Positions 1-32,249 of a DNA stretch of 64,000 nucleotides are shown here, one piece after another. Source of the stretch: the human T2T-CHM13v2.0 reference genome, Homo sapiens. Numbering within the stretch: the first letter of the stretch is position 1; each line of letters begins with the position of its first letter. The notes below the pieces were generated by a model. The model did not search any database. It was not told the origin of the DNA and saw only the letters and a program-made list of their open reading frames with translations. The translations under genes were made by a program, and so were the position numbers. The DNA is taken from NCBI RefSeq assembly GCF_009914755.1, contig NC_060927.1. One strand, written 5' to 3'.

Positions 1-1860
<1,860 letters not shown>

Positions 1861-2571
1861 TAAAAATAAAAGAACTCTTTGCATAACGCATGTGTTCACA
1901 AATAAGAAAGTGGCATATATTAATTCAGTGGCTGAAATATAATTCTGCGTATGAAAGTACAAAGTCTTTTTTAAAATGTGCTTTATTTACTTTTGATTGC
2001 TAGTGCTTCTACTGAGGCTCTCATGGTGGGCGCAGTTCTGCAGCTATTCACCTTTCTATGGGTATTTTGGGTCTCCCACTCTCCTCCCTGTCAACCCTGC
2101 TCCAGCACCCAGCAGGTAGGACATCCTTGTTCATACTTTCAAAGTTTATTTAGACCAACAGTGAAATACTTTAACAACTCAGTTTTTTTTTCTTTCAATG
2201 GCTATTAACTCTAGTAGTCTCCTCTTTTTGGCATTTAAAATCTTATAAATAGGCACAATTTGTTTCTCAGGCTTCAAAGGAAGAAAAGAGCTGATACTTG
2301 CTTGAGCAGCTCAGCCTCTGGTGACTGCCATCAAATTCCATTAGCCCATCATTGAATTTATCGTCTTTTCCCTTCCTGACTTATTTAATCTTTTTTTTCT
2401 CCCAATTTGTACCCACTCAGTCCTTTTTCATTTCATTTTCAAGTGTCCTTCTTGGGTGTATTTTTGTGAGTTCATGAACAAATTTTACTTCTTTTGGGGG
2501 GCTTAGTTTTCCAATGTTGATTTCTTAGCTTGTGAATCTCTCCACAGTCCTTGCAAAATGTTGTACTTACT

Positions 2572-2875
<304 letters not shown>

Positions 2876-2897
2876 TTACTGTTGTTTACTTTTGTAG

Positions 2898-3213
<316 letters not shown>

Positions 3214-3443
3214 GAGTTTGCGGTTTTCATCACTCAGTCACTTGAGGAGCTGTATTCCCGGCGCGTGGTATCCAAGATGGCGACCGCCACGGCTTCTTTG
3301 TTAAGCCTTAAGCGGTACCTGGGTTTTGATGTTGTGAGGTTTGTTCATTCTCAGAGGGCATTTTAATGTTGCGTTACTACTATGTTGCCATGTTACTGGG
3401 ATTCAATGTTAAATTCTAGATCCTGTTTAATTTTTGGTAGTAG

Positions 3444-3944
<501 letters not shown>

Positions 3945-5619
3945 CCCGTTTTTATTTTTTATTGTTGTTAAGTTTTCCACTGTCAGTTCCTGAGCTTCCG
4001 CAGGTGGAAAGGTAGGTCAGCCTGCGGTCTGGCTGTTGCATCCACTCTGAGGTTACTCAAGGTGGAGGAGCAGCACCAGAATAACAGAGATGGCTTTCTA
4101 CTGGGCGTTAGCACTGAGGTTACAGTCCCAGGTTGACTCTAACGAAACATGCCCTTGAGCTAAGCATTGCCCTCCTGGGCTTCACTTTCCTCACCTACAA
4201 AATAAGGAGGTTGAACTAGATAATTTCTACTGTTTCCTGCAAGTCTAATGTTCTGTGATTCTAAGAGCTTTCTGTTAGATTATCTGAGTGAATTAGACAG
4301 ATATTAGAAATATTTATAAATAAAATATCGATTGTAAATAAAATTAGAAAGAGTGGGAGGGGTCAGCTTAGTTAAGAAAGGGAGCAATGTGGAGGTGTTT
4401 GGTTTGCCCGTGGCCCAGAGGTGATGAGGAAGCAGCCTTCCCTTCCTGTCCCCACAACCTTTATCTGATTGTTTATAACTGTGAGCTTCCAGTCTGTGAG
4501 AACACCTATGTGGATTTTGTTTGTTATCACTGAGGGTTTCAGCTAACTCATAGCCACAAAGTCATTGGACTATTGGACTTAGAGGGCTATTGAGCCCTCT
4601 AAGATGGGTATGTCTCAGCTCTCTTTCTCATCCAGGTGCCAGCACCTACCTGTGAGATACTGACCAGGAATCTCTTTCCTAACACCCCTAAAATAGGCTG
4701 GAATCTGCCCCCCACCCCTCAAGCCAGCTGACAGCAACATCAGGACAAGTTTAGATGTTACTAAGCTGACAAAGGGCACTCTGCTTGGGAACTGCCCACT
4801 GGTTTCTTGGTATCAATAAACTAGAGCTTCACCACCCACCCCCACATCCTCAAATCTGATGTCCTAATCAGGGAATTACAGCTCGGTCTTCCCTTATGAT
4901 TTCAACATCATAAACCTTTTAGGTCTGTTCACTTCTAGAAAGATGCATTTATTTGCTTGAGGCTTATTTAAAGTCCAAATACACAGAAATCTTACTCCTT
5001 GTTTGAGCAAATCCCTAAGACATTCATTTATTCAGCAAATATTTACCAAGCTGCTGCTCTGTGCCAGGCACTGCTTAGCTCTGGGGATACATACAAAGCT
5101 ATATTTTTAATTCATTGGTTGTCACTTACAAGTTACTTTTCTTCACTTCCATCCCCCATCCCTCCACTGTTCTTGACTCCCCCAAGTATCCTGAGAGCTG
5201 AGTGCTGAACTACTCCCGTCAGCACTGGGTCAAGGTTCTCTGTGCTGCATTTGGACAATGACAAGAAGGGTGTGTGGCATATGTATCATATAAGCTGTTT
5301 TCTGTGTCTTCATTTTTCTTAATTTAATGTGCTCCTGAAAGAGGAATCAGTTTCTCTTCCTGTGTCACCCATGCATTTGCCACATACTATAACACAATAG
5401 GCCATTTCTGTTCTTAGTCTCAAAGCTGGATGACACAGAACATCAGTTTGCCACATATCTAATCATCCAACAGACACATTAGTCCAGACTCTGGGCTCAG
5501 AATCTCAAAGAAACTAGAAAACAAGTAATTTTGGCTTAGCCCTAGTGCCAGTCAGTTGCCTCTTTACTTTCAGATCCCTTCTCCACCCTTTCCTGTTTTG
5601 CTCTGTATCCATCCATACT

Positions 5620-6320
5620 GATATAAATAAATGTCTAAATAAATTAATAAGTGGGAAAGAAGAATTATAAATAATGTGTGTAGATTCTTTCCATTCTAGG
5701 AAGTGAATCTTATCCTCCTCTGCTGCCCTCCCTCAACTTTGGAGTGTGGTTGGACTTAGTGATGTACTTCCAAAAAATAAAATATGGAGAGGCAAAAATA
5801 GTAACGTCACAGTAAAGCAACCTGGCAGATACTACTTGAACCGAGTGATGAAGGTTAACATCACCAATGGTGTCATGCAAGTAGTATGTACCCCTTGATA
5901 CGATGTGATGAGAACGGCACATCACCTCTGGTATTCCTTCCAATAACCCATCACCCCAGTCCTATAATGAGAAAAATACAAGACAACCCAATCTGAAATA
6001 CATTCTACAAAATATCTGACCAGTCCTCTTCAAAACTATCAAGGTCATGAAACACAAGGAAAGCCTAAGAAAGTAATAACTAATCACAATACAGTATTCT
6101 GGATTGGATCCTGGAAGAAACAAAGATCACTAATGAAAATATCTGGTGAACTATGAGTAAAGTCTGGAGTTTATTAATAGCAATGTATCAATGTTGTTTT
6201 CTTAGTTTTGACAAATGTATTGGATAAACAAATTGGGTGAGAGGTATATGGAAACGTTTTGTAGTATCTTCAGAACTTTTCTGTGACTCTGAAATTATTC
6301 TAAAACAAAAAAATTTTAGT
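5620..6320 (+). mobile_element. L1MC-type 3' end fragment
   Basis: ttggacttagtgatgtacttcc, cacatcacctctggtattc, tcttcaaaactatcaaggtcatgaaa, ggattggatcctggaa, ending aaattattctaaaacaaaa. Confidence 0.75.
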
Positions 6321-6329
6321 AAACTCTCA

Positions 6330-8730
<2,401 letters not shown>

Positions 8731-8937
8731 TGACTATGGAATAATCGCAACCAATCTAGACAATGATAATACTGTAGACAGCATATGACGAAAGCCTGGT
8801 CCAAAGCACCTGAGGAGGGGGATCGTAATGTCTGAGACTGACTCTTCAGGACTTAGAATCTCCTTAGAAAGAAAGATAAGCGTAAAAGTTACCACCCTAT
8901 AATGATGACATAGATTTTTTTTCTTTGCAATTTTATC

Positions 8938-12049
<3,112 letters not shown>

Positions 12050-12323
12050 TGTTTGAAGTTTTCTTAATGTATTGCATTTAATCAAAGAGGATTGTAAAAT
12101 GTTTTTAAACTCAGGTGAGCTCTGAAAGTGCCTAGTCCTTGTATTTACCCAAACCAGTGTTTAACTCCTGCCACTGCCACTCACAAAATGCTGGATTGCC
12201 TACCACTTACTTCACTCTGCTCCTTGGTTTCTTAATCTGTATAATAGGATCAGAAATTCTTCTGTGAGGAAATTCGGAAAGGAAAACCCAAACGTAGCAG
12301 AGACAATGGACATTGGCACCCTT

Positions 12324-12337
12324 CTGCCCCCTGGTGG
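12324..12337 (-). promoter_or_regulatory. CTCF core motif
   Basis: Plus strand ctgccccctggtgg = minus strand CCACCAGGGGGCAG, near-consensus CTCF core in non-repeat sequence. Confidence 0.65.
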
Positions 12338-12546
12338 TAATTTTTAGAACCATGTGGGCAGTGGCGAGGCTAAAAATAAAATGTGCAAAGTGTAAAACAA
12401 AAACCACGCAGTGTCTTCCTTGTCATGCACAGCCGCGTTCGAATCGCTCATTGTCTTGCCTCCTCAGTGCTTTCTCCCGCCCACGACTATCAGTGGTCCA
12501 ACCACACATTGCAGGAAGTTCCAGGAGTCATCCACTTACCCTAGAG

Positions 12547-12748
12547 CGAGCTTGTCCCACCTGCTGCCCGCGGGCTGCATGTGGCCCAGGTGGCTTTGAA
12601 TGCAGCCCAACACAAATTGATAAGCTTTTTTTTGTGACTTTTTTTTTTTTTAGTTCATCAGCTATCATTAGTGTTAGTGTATTTTTTAATGTATGGCCCA
12701 AGACAATTCTTCTTTTAATGTGGGGAGAAAAAAGATTGGACACCCCTA
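12547..12748 (-). mobile_element. MER30 hAT-Charlie DNA transposon
   Basis: Minus strand begins TAGGGGTGTCCAATCTTTT and contains AATTGTCTTGGGCCA and ACACTAACACTAATGATAGCTGATGA; perfect 8-bp TSD ccctagag at 12539-12546 and 12749-12756. Confidence 0.85.
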
Positions 12749-13061
12749 CCCTAGAGGAATGATAGTGTTTAGTATTTGTTTTCATTCTTATTTTCCTTCT
12801 CCTCTATATCGCATGGATTGTGGAGCGTGTCCATGTCTTCAGGTCATCAGCATGACTTTTAGGGGAGGTGACTACAGAGTCGAAGCCATGGAAGATGCGG
12901 AATTCAGCTGAAGATCACTTAAACATCCAGCACCGCTGTAGCACTAGTCATAGAAAGAATATGAAGAGAATTCAAGATTAAACAGATTGGCCAGGCGCGG
13001 TGGCTCAGGCCTGTAATCCCAGCACTTTGGGAGGCCGAGGCAGGCGGATCACCTGAGGTCA

Positions 13062-13326
<265 letters not shown>

Positions 13327-14639
13327 TTAAGTGATGAAAGAATTGAGTAATGGAACTTCACCCATTCTAACCATGTGATAAAGTAGAAAAGGTTCAAAGA
13401 TTTAGTAGGGGTTTAAAATGAGTTTAAGAGAATGGGATTACAATTCCAATCCCATTGGTAAGACAAATTTTATTTCTAAAAATTCATGTATTTCCCCCCT
13501 TTATACAACTGCAAATGCGAGTTTGGAGCTAGAGTGGGAGAGGAAAGCAAAGAATGAAGGGAAAGAAATAGGAGGAAGATTCTAGAAATGGGGGCAGCAT
13601 GGGAGAAGTGGTGGGAGCAAAGTCCTGGCATATAGATGCCACAATCAAAACTTCTGCCCTGTTTCCTAGCTGCTTGGTGTCAGCACTGGGGCCATTCCCC
13701 CAGCCTGTGACCTTGGCATCCCCTATGTTGACCTGGGCTCTTCCTCTGTCCTTCCACCTGGATGTCCTTTAGTGGGTCCTGGCCAGGGTCCTATTGCTCC
13801 CTTTAACCTCTGGAGCTTTTGTCTGCTACATTTTCTTACACTGATGCTGACTCAGACCTAATGCTGGGTGAAGTTGTGATGTGGCTGAAGTGTCTGGGTG
13901 TAATTCAAGAATCCTCGAGGGAGAATCAGGAGTTTTGGGTTCCGGTTCCAACTTGGTAATTTACCAAGTCACAGCCTCCTGGAGCCTGGTTTTCCCTATC
14001 AATAAAATGAAGAAATCTGTCTTCTCTAGTTCATAAGTTGTCAAGATCAAATGTGTAAATACATAGGAAGTTCTTAGGAAAGGGAAGGCTTCTATCACTG
14101 TAAAGAAGTATCATTGATAACTAGTATATGATAGTCTGCTGCCGTCTGCCTTCCCCATATGTACCCTATCATGCTCTGAGTCCCTCCTTCCTGCCTTTTC
14201 CCCATCTCTTATCACAACCTGCTTTTTGTATGTGATTGCTATTTACACCTTGATAATATTAAATCAGAGATATACACAATTAAATTTGAGATAGTTACGC
14301 CTTGTCCAGAAATATTCACATATTAAGCTTGATCGCTATTTGGGTGGTAAAAAGTTAGTCCTTGTTCAAGAAATGTTAACCAACAGTTTGGGGTAGGAGG
14401 GAGAAGTGAGGCTTTCCTTGTGTTCTGAAATCACTATATTTCATGCCTGAATTAGCCTGTCTGAGCTGGAATTCAGAGTGAATCTTTGGATCCATGTTTT
14501 AAAGGGACAACTATAGAGACTCCCATTGCTTTTTCTATGCACATAGTTTTTGTGTGGTTTTTACTGGAATCTTATTACAGTTACAGTTACCATCCCATGG
14601 ACCAACATGGTCCATCGAGGGCCTTGCAGTGAGAGGGTC

Positions 14640-14855
14640 AGTCCATAGATGCTGGAGCCACATGACGTGGGTTCAAATTTCAACTCTCCCACTTATTAGT
14701 GTGTGACCTTGGACAGGCTGCTTCACTGCTCCGGCCCTCAGTTTTCTAATTTGCAAAATGGGGGAGATTAATAATACCTATCTCCAGAGGTTTGTTGGGA
14801 GGATTAAATAATAGGCCTAAAACACCTAGAGCAGTGTCTGGCACTGAGTACACAT
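14640..14855 (+). mobile_element. MIR
   Basis: gggttcaaatt...tgtgaccttggaca...cctcagtttt...tgcaaaatgggg...aataatacctatctc core. Confidence 0.8.
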
Positions 14856-14965
14856 TAGCTGGAATTTATTTCAATTGCATGTTTGAAAAAATTTAAACCA
14901 TTCAGAAATTTAATTTTAAAAATAAAAAATGAAAAGTCACTTAAGCTCTCTATCTCCCACTTTAA

Positions 14966-15242
<277 letters not shown>

Positions 15243-16380
15243 TAGGCTGGTCTCAAACTCCTGCCCTCAGGTGATCCGCCCGCCTCGGCCTCCCAAAGTC
15301 CTGGGATCACAGGTGTGAGCCACTGCACCTGGCCTCATTCAAGAGTTTTTACTGATATATTTTTTAAATCAAAGAATTATAATATACTATTTGGCAACTT
15401 GTTTTCCTCACTTAACCATGTAGCTAGGAGTTATTTCCAGGTCACTATGCCCAGTGCTACCTTCTTCTGCCTAAGGGTTTCATAGTATGCCGCAGCATGG
15501 ACACTGCGCAATTCACTTAACCAATGTCTTATTGATGGATATTTGGAGTGTTTCCAGTTTTCGATATTTGGAGTGTTTCCAGTTTTCCACGATCATATTC
15601 GCTTTTTGCACATTCTTTTCTCTTTATAATTCAGAACCATCAAGCTGAAGCCCAGCAGGGCTTCCTCATTTCATCATCATAGCTCATTTCCTATTGAGCA
15701 AAGCTTCTTCCTCGGGTCAGCTCTTGCCACACTTCTTTCTACAGAAACAAGAAGTGGAGTTATCTGTCCTGGGCTTCGGGAGTGAACACACCCATTCCCA
15801 CGCTGCTGCTGCCCACGCTGCTTTGCCCACACAGCACCACTGTCCCTGGGGATCCTGAATAACAATCTGCTGAGCAAAATCAACATCCCTTTGGCTACAG
15901 CGAGGCTAATTGCACTTAATAGGTTGTAAGAGTTCTGGTACAGACAGGCTCCTTCCCATGATGTATTTCACCACCTCATTGAAGAGATGTGTGTTCCAGT
16001 GAGAGTCTGTTCCTCCGTGTCATCCCAACAAATGCTCCTATGTCCAGGGGCCATTGTCAGGAATGCTCGTTCCTCTCCCTTCTACACAGACAAATCTCCC
16101 TTTGAGGACACACTCAACTCCAACTCCTTTTGTGAAGCTTTCCCTGTTGCTCCAGCCTGCATGAATCCTTCCCTCCGCCGAATTTCTTCAGCAAGAATGC
16201 CTTCTAGGCCAGGCACGGTGGCTCATGCCTGTAATCCCAGCACTTTGGGAGGCCGAGGCGGGCAGATCACCTGAGGTCGGGAGTTCGAGACCAGCCTGAC
16301 CAACATGGAGAAACCCTGTCTCTACTAAAATACAAAATTAGCTGGGTGTGGTGGTGTGTGCCTATAATCCTAGCTACTCA

Positions 16381-16530
<150 letters not shown>

Positions 16531-16673
16531 CTAAGTGCATAGCACCTGTGTGAGGGTGAAACCCTGGCCCACAGAGCCAGTGGTCGTAGGATAGTTAAAA
16601 TAGAAGGCCACAGTATATTGGGAGGCCAAGGCGGGCGGATCACGAGGTCAGGAGATCGAGAGCATCCTGGCTA

Positions 16674-17524
<851 letters not shown>

Positions 17525-18174
17525 TTGAGTAGAGATTCAAAGTTTGGGTCTCTAGCACAGAAAGACTTTTGCAACAACGAGTCTCGGGAGGCGTAAAGCA
17601 AGCAGAGAGGACTGCAGCTGTTAAAAGTAGTCCTAAGAAGATTCTAGGTAGGAGAACTCAAGCGTGGGGAGCTGGGAAACCCCAGCTGGCAGGGAGGGGT
17701 CCTACCTGGCGAGCTGCCCCCCAAGGGCCTGCGCTGGTCAAGTGTCTCCCGAAGGGTCTGCCTGCGGGCAGGAGAAACACAGGTGTCCAGGACTAGTGTT
17801 CTGACTGATACGTGGCCCTAGGATTTCTCTCCTGGGACCACTTGGAGAGGCAACCCTTGGCTGCCAGAGGAAGAGACTGATGGAGGCAGCAGGACGGGAG
17901 GAAGGCCTGTGGGAGGAGGGTGCCAGAGTGGGAAGGGAGCATGTGAGGAGAGTCTTGATGGTTAATGCCAATTACCTCTAGAAAATTACCAGGCTTTACA
18001 GACTCAAGAGCTACTACCCAAAAGATTGAAAAAACTGCCTTAAAAAAAAAAAAAGCAACCCACCCCAGGGAAGAGAGAGAGCTATTTAGAAAACTCCAGA
18101 AGTAAATAAGCTCAGACAAATCTGAGATTTATCTGGTCTCTGCTCCTGAGTCCTGTCTGAGAATCAGGCACCTA

Positions 18175-18552
<378 letters not shown>

Positions 18553-19339
18553 TCATAGCAGAACCCTTAATGAAGATCTCAAGTAGAACTCTGAAATGGG
18601 AAAAACTTCAACATGTAAGAATTGAGCTGCTGTGGATAAATTAGGAGTCCAGTTCCCACCTCCTTATTCTTTTTATCACTCAGAACAATGACCACTTTTA
18701 CACCCGACCCCAACCCTAGCTCCCCAGGATGCTGCTCCACAGAAGGCAGCTTGAAAAACGCCAATGGTTAACCTCTCTGGTGCCTTGCTGGGCTGCTGTA
18801 GGGACAGCGGGGTCACTGCTTCACAAAGTCACCCTTCCCGTTGCTGGCGGTTTTGATCTTCAGAGAGTTCTGTCTTTTCTTTTTTCTTCTTCTTCTTTTT
18901 TTTTTTTTTTCTGAGGCGGAGTTTTATGCTTTTCCCCCAGGCTAGAGTGTGCAATGGCGTGATCTGGGCTTGCTGCAACCTCTGTCTCCTGGGTTCAAGT
19001 GATTCTCCTGCCTCAGCCTCCCGAGTAACTGGAATTACAGGTGCACACAACCACGCCCAGCTAATTTTTGGATTTTTAGTAGAGACGGGGTTTCACCATG
19101 TTGGCCAGGCTAGTCTCGAACTCCTGACCTCAAGTGATCCACCCTCCTTGGCCTCCCAAAGTGCTGAGATTACAGGCGTGAGCCACCGCGCCTGGCCAGA
19201 AAGTTCTGTCTTTTCTTGAGGTGAGAGCTGCTCCCTAAATTTCCAATCACTGTGCCTAGTTTTTCCCTCTAGAAGTAGTAATATATTCTTCTACGTGAAA
19301 GATCTGTAAAGAACTAAAGAGCTTTAAGAGCAATCTTTT

Positions 19340-19745
19340 AACTTTTGCCTTTTCCAGGCAAAAATCTCATCACTTCTTGCAAAGGATTCTCATGTGACAT
19401 GGTCACTCTCTGTGGGACACACTCCAGTTTGTCAACATCTTTTAAAATGAGGCTCCTGGAAGAAAACATGGCTCCAGACAGGATCTGATCAGGACCTTTC
19501 CCCCATCTGAGCACTAACCCTCAATTAATGTAGCGTAGGCTTACATTAGCTTTCTGGGCAGCCAGTCCACAGAGTGTTCATACTGCGACTGCTGCCAATT
19601 GGATGCCCTCTGTCTGTTTCACGTTGTTTTTAGGTTAACTGTTTCCTGTCCTGTGCTCTTGCAGTTGGCATTTCTTAATGCAAGTCATGGACTTTACTTG
19701 TGTCTCCATAATATCTTGTCCTGTAGGTGTTAGTCCAGTCACTCA
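19340..19745 (-). mobile_element. L3/CR1-like fragment
   Basis: ctccagtttgtcaacatc, ctccagacaggatctgatcagg and cattagctttctgggcagcc resemble antisense L3. Confidence 0.4.
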
Positions 19746-19756
19746 AAATATTATAA

Positions 19757-20005
<249 letters not shown>

Positions 20006-21304
20006 TAGTGATCCACCCACCTCGGCCTCCCATAGTGCTGGGATTATAGGCATGAGCCACCACGCCCGGCTGGCAAAAGACTTTTTAAAAAAACTTTCAC
20101 ATATTGAACACTTACTCCATGACAGATGCTGTACTATGCATATGGTATCTAACTTCCTCCTTACGCTGGCCCAGTGGAAACAGGTATTAACGTCCCATTT
20201 TACAAATGAGAAAACTGGGGAAAGGAACAAAGATGAATGTATCCTGATTTCTGAGGGTCTTTTCGGCTGATGACTGAGCAGGGAGATGTTCTACACACAC
20301 AGCCATTTAAGCCCCACCCAGCAGTCCTAAGGGAAGAGTTAGGCTCAGCACCGGATGAAAGGCTTGAACCACGGGAGCGAGAGCAGAAGAAAAACTCACT
20401 CCTGGTTCCTTCTCCCTAGGGTGACACCTCATCCACCTTTTGAAGAAAGTGGGGCCAGGCATAGGAATGGACCAAGAAAATGAAAAACAGTTAAAGCTGG
20501 ATTTTAAAAATAAAGCTTATTGAGCATATAATGCTATAAAATGTGCTTGCTCATGCAGTTGTCTTGGATGTAAGACCCTGATATTTGGATACAGTGGCTT
20601 TATCAGGATGAAATATTTTTTCTTCCTTGACTTCCACCACGCCCAGTTAATTTTTTGTATTTTTAGTAGAGACGGGGTTTCACCGTGTTAGCCAGGATGG
20701 TCTCCATCTCCTGACCTCGTGAGCCGCTGGCCTCGGCCTCCCAAAGTGCTGGAATTACAGGCGTGAGCCACCACGCCCGGCCTTGACTTCCTTTTTTGGT
20801 TTTGCGGGAGGGAATGGATTGAGTGAAGGAGGAACCCCACATAGTCTACTCTATCTACACAGCATTTATGACCGTGTGATATTTTTCTTTTTCTTTTTTT
20901 TTGCCTATAGTTTCTTGTTGGAAAAAGACACGTTTTCTTGTTGACTGTTGCTCCCCGACAGAAATGTGAGCTCCACGAAAGAAAAGTCCTGGCTTTTCCT
21001 CTCTGTATACCTGTTACCCAGAACATTGCTTGGCACCTGTGAAGTGCTTCAGACATATTCGATCAATAATTAAAGAATGGGTCTATGTATGGCACAGACA
21101 ACCTAGCGTTTTTAAAAGATGATTTAAAAACAGTGTAAATTCTGAGCAAGGCTCACTCTAGATGTGGAGGTAGTCACGTTTAAATTACAAGAAAAAATTG
21201 CAGCCAGGCGTGGTGGCTCACGCCTGTAATCCCAACACTCTGGGAGGCCGAGGCGGGCGGTTCACTTGTGGTCAGGAGTTCAAGCCCAGCCTGACACTCC
21301 TCTA

Positions 21305-21600
<296 letters not shown>

Positions 21601-21688
21601 TCATTTCCTGAATACCAAACTATGGCTGCCCACGATGGCAGAGCCAGTGGGAGGGACAAGAAGATGCACAATGTGCTTTGCCATCTGA

Positions 21689-29948
<8,260 letters not shown>

Positions 29949-30439
29949 GTAACTCCTGGATTATCCATTTTTGTTTGACATCCCCAGAATATACTTTCTC
30001 CATCTATGTTGAACATATCCAACCTTAGCCTTGCATCTGAAAAAAGGTCCTCTGCTCACCTGCTCTTTTCACCCTAACTACTCCCTCTCTCCTATGCTTC
30101 TTCCCATCTCGCTCTAATCCCATGGCTCTGCTTGCGCCATTTAGGGGAACACAGAAATCGTTAACCTCAACCTGCTGTCGGCATCATAAACTGACCTGAC
30201 CATAACTACATCAGTCTTTTGTCTTGTTCTTCCTTCTCCTTGAAAGCTGTCTGTTTCCAGACATCCTGAGGAGTTTCCACAGAGTAAATACTCAAAAGTG
30301 TTTACTGAATAAATGCATTTATTCTGTCCCTTCTCCAGCCTTTTTCAACCTCCACCTTTGTGTGGGCGCAAGGAAGTTTTACATGTATTTTTGGTCCCCC
30401 TTGCTCAGTCTTCAAACAATGGTCTGCAGACATTTGTTT

Positions 30440-31125
30440 TCTATTTTTTAACAGCTTTATCGAGACATAATTTATATAGCTCAGTATATACCATAACATT
30501 TACCTGTTTTTAAGTGCACAAATCAATTCAGTGAATTTATAGAATTGTGAAAACAAGACACAATCCAGTTTTAAAGTGTTTGCATCAACCTCCAAAAAAT
30601 CATCTCCCATCCCCAGCCCCAGGCAGCCATAATCAATTCCCATCCCCAGCCCCAGGCAGCCATAATCAATTCCCATCCTCAGCCCCAGGCAGCCATAATC
30701 AATTCCCATCCCCAGCCCCAGGCAGCCATAATCAATTCCCATCCCCAGCCCCAGGCAGCCATAATCAATTCCCATCCGCAGCCCCAGGCAGCCATAATCA
30801 ATTCCCATCCCCAGCCCCAGGCAGCCATAATCAATTCCCATCCGCAGCCCCAGGCAGCCATAATCAATTCCCATCCCCCGCCCCAGGCAGCCATAATCAA
30901 TTCCCATCCCCAGCCCCAGGCAGCCATAATCAATTCTCATCCCCAGCCCCAGGCAGCCATAATCAATTCCCATCCCCCGCCCCAGGCAGCCATAATCAAT
31001 TCCCATCCCCAGCCCCAGGCAGCCATAATCAATTCTCATCCCCAGCCCCAGGCAGCCATAATCAATTCCCATCCGCAGCCCCAGGCAGCCCTCATCTGCT
31101 TTCTGTCTCTATAGAGCTGCTTTAA
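30440..31125 (-). mobile_element. L1MB-type 3' end fragment hosting the VNTR
   Basis: ttttaacagctttatcgagacataattt...aagtgcaca upstream and catctgctttctgtctctatag downstream of the array are characteristic antisense L1MB 3' UTR. Confidence 0.7.
30606..31090. repeat. 33-bp VNTR, ~14.7 copies of CCCATCCCCAGCCCCAGGCAGCCATAATCAATT
   Basis: Units start at 30606, 30639, 30672 ... 31068 with only single-base variants. Confidence 0.97.
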
Positions 31126-31139
31126 AAAAAAATATTTCA

Positions 31140-31469
<330 letters not shown>

Positions 31470-31794
31470 CTACGTATGACAAAAGGTGCAGATGTGTAGA
31501 GAAAAATATTCATAAATTTTACCACATTAAACAATTCTACCAGGAAAAAATATCAAATTTTTTTAAATGACAAGGTGGAAATATTTGCAACTTATTTCAT
31601 AGACTAAGGACTAATTTCCTTGATAAACAACTTTTATAAATCTGTAAGAAAAAGACCAGCAACCCAATAAAAAAATGAACAAAGGACTTAAGTTATTTCA
31701 TAAAAAATGGGTCTTGGCCGTGTGCGGTGGCTCACGCCTGTAATCCTAGCACTTTGGGAGGCCGAGGTGGGCGGATCATGAGGTCAAGAAATCA

Positions 31795-32010
<216 letters not shown>

Positions 32011-32249
32011 TCAGTCTAAAAAAAAAAAAAAAATGGTTCTTAAATATATGATACTCAGACCCCCTCAAAATAAGAGAAATGCAAATCAAAACTATAAGAT
32101 ACCATTTTTATATTAGAATATTGGCAAAACTCAAAAAGTTTGATAACATTCTCCATTGATGAGTATATGGGGGAAATGGGTACTCAAATGTATTGCTGAT
32201 AGTTTAAGTTGGTACAACCTTCGTGGTAAGTACTACGCATTGGTAAAAT

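Noticed and set aside
3987-4011. Possible micro-exon (cag...AAG|gtaggt)
   Set aside because: Splice-like words alone are common and cannot be linked to a transcript; mentioned only within the orphan-promoter finding
13431-13456. 9-bp hairpin aatgggatt...aatcccatt
   Set aside because: Expected by chance in 64 kb; no supporting context
30606-31090. CRISPR-like repeat array
   Set aside because: Head-to-tail units with no unique spacers, in eukaryotic DNA with no cas genes
30500-31125. 192-aa and 190-aa ORFs with 11-residue repeats on both strands
   Set aside because: Result of a 33-bp (multiple of 3) VNTR inside an L1 fragment; no evidence of a gene
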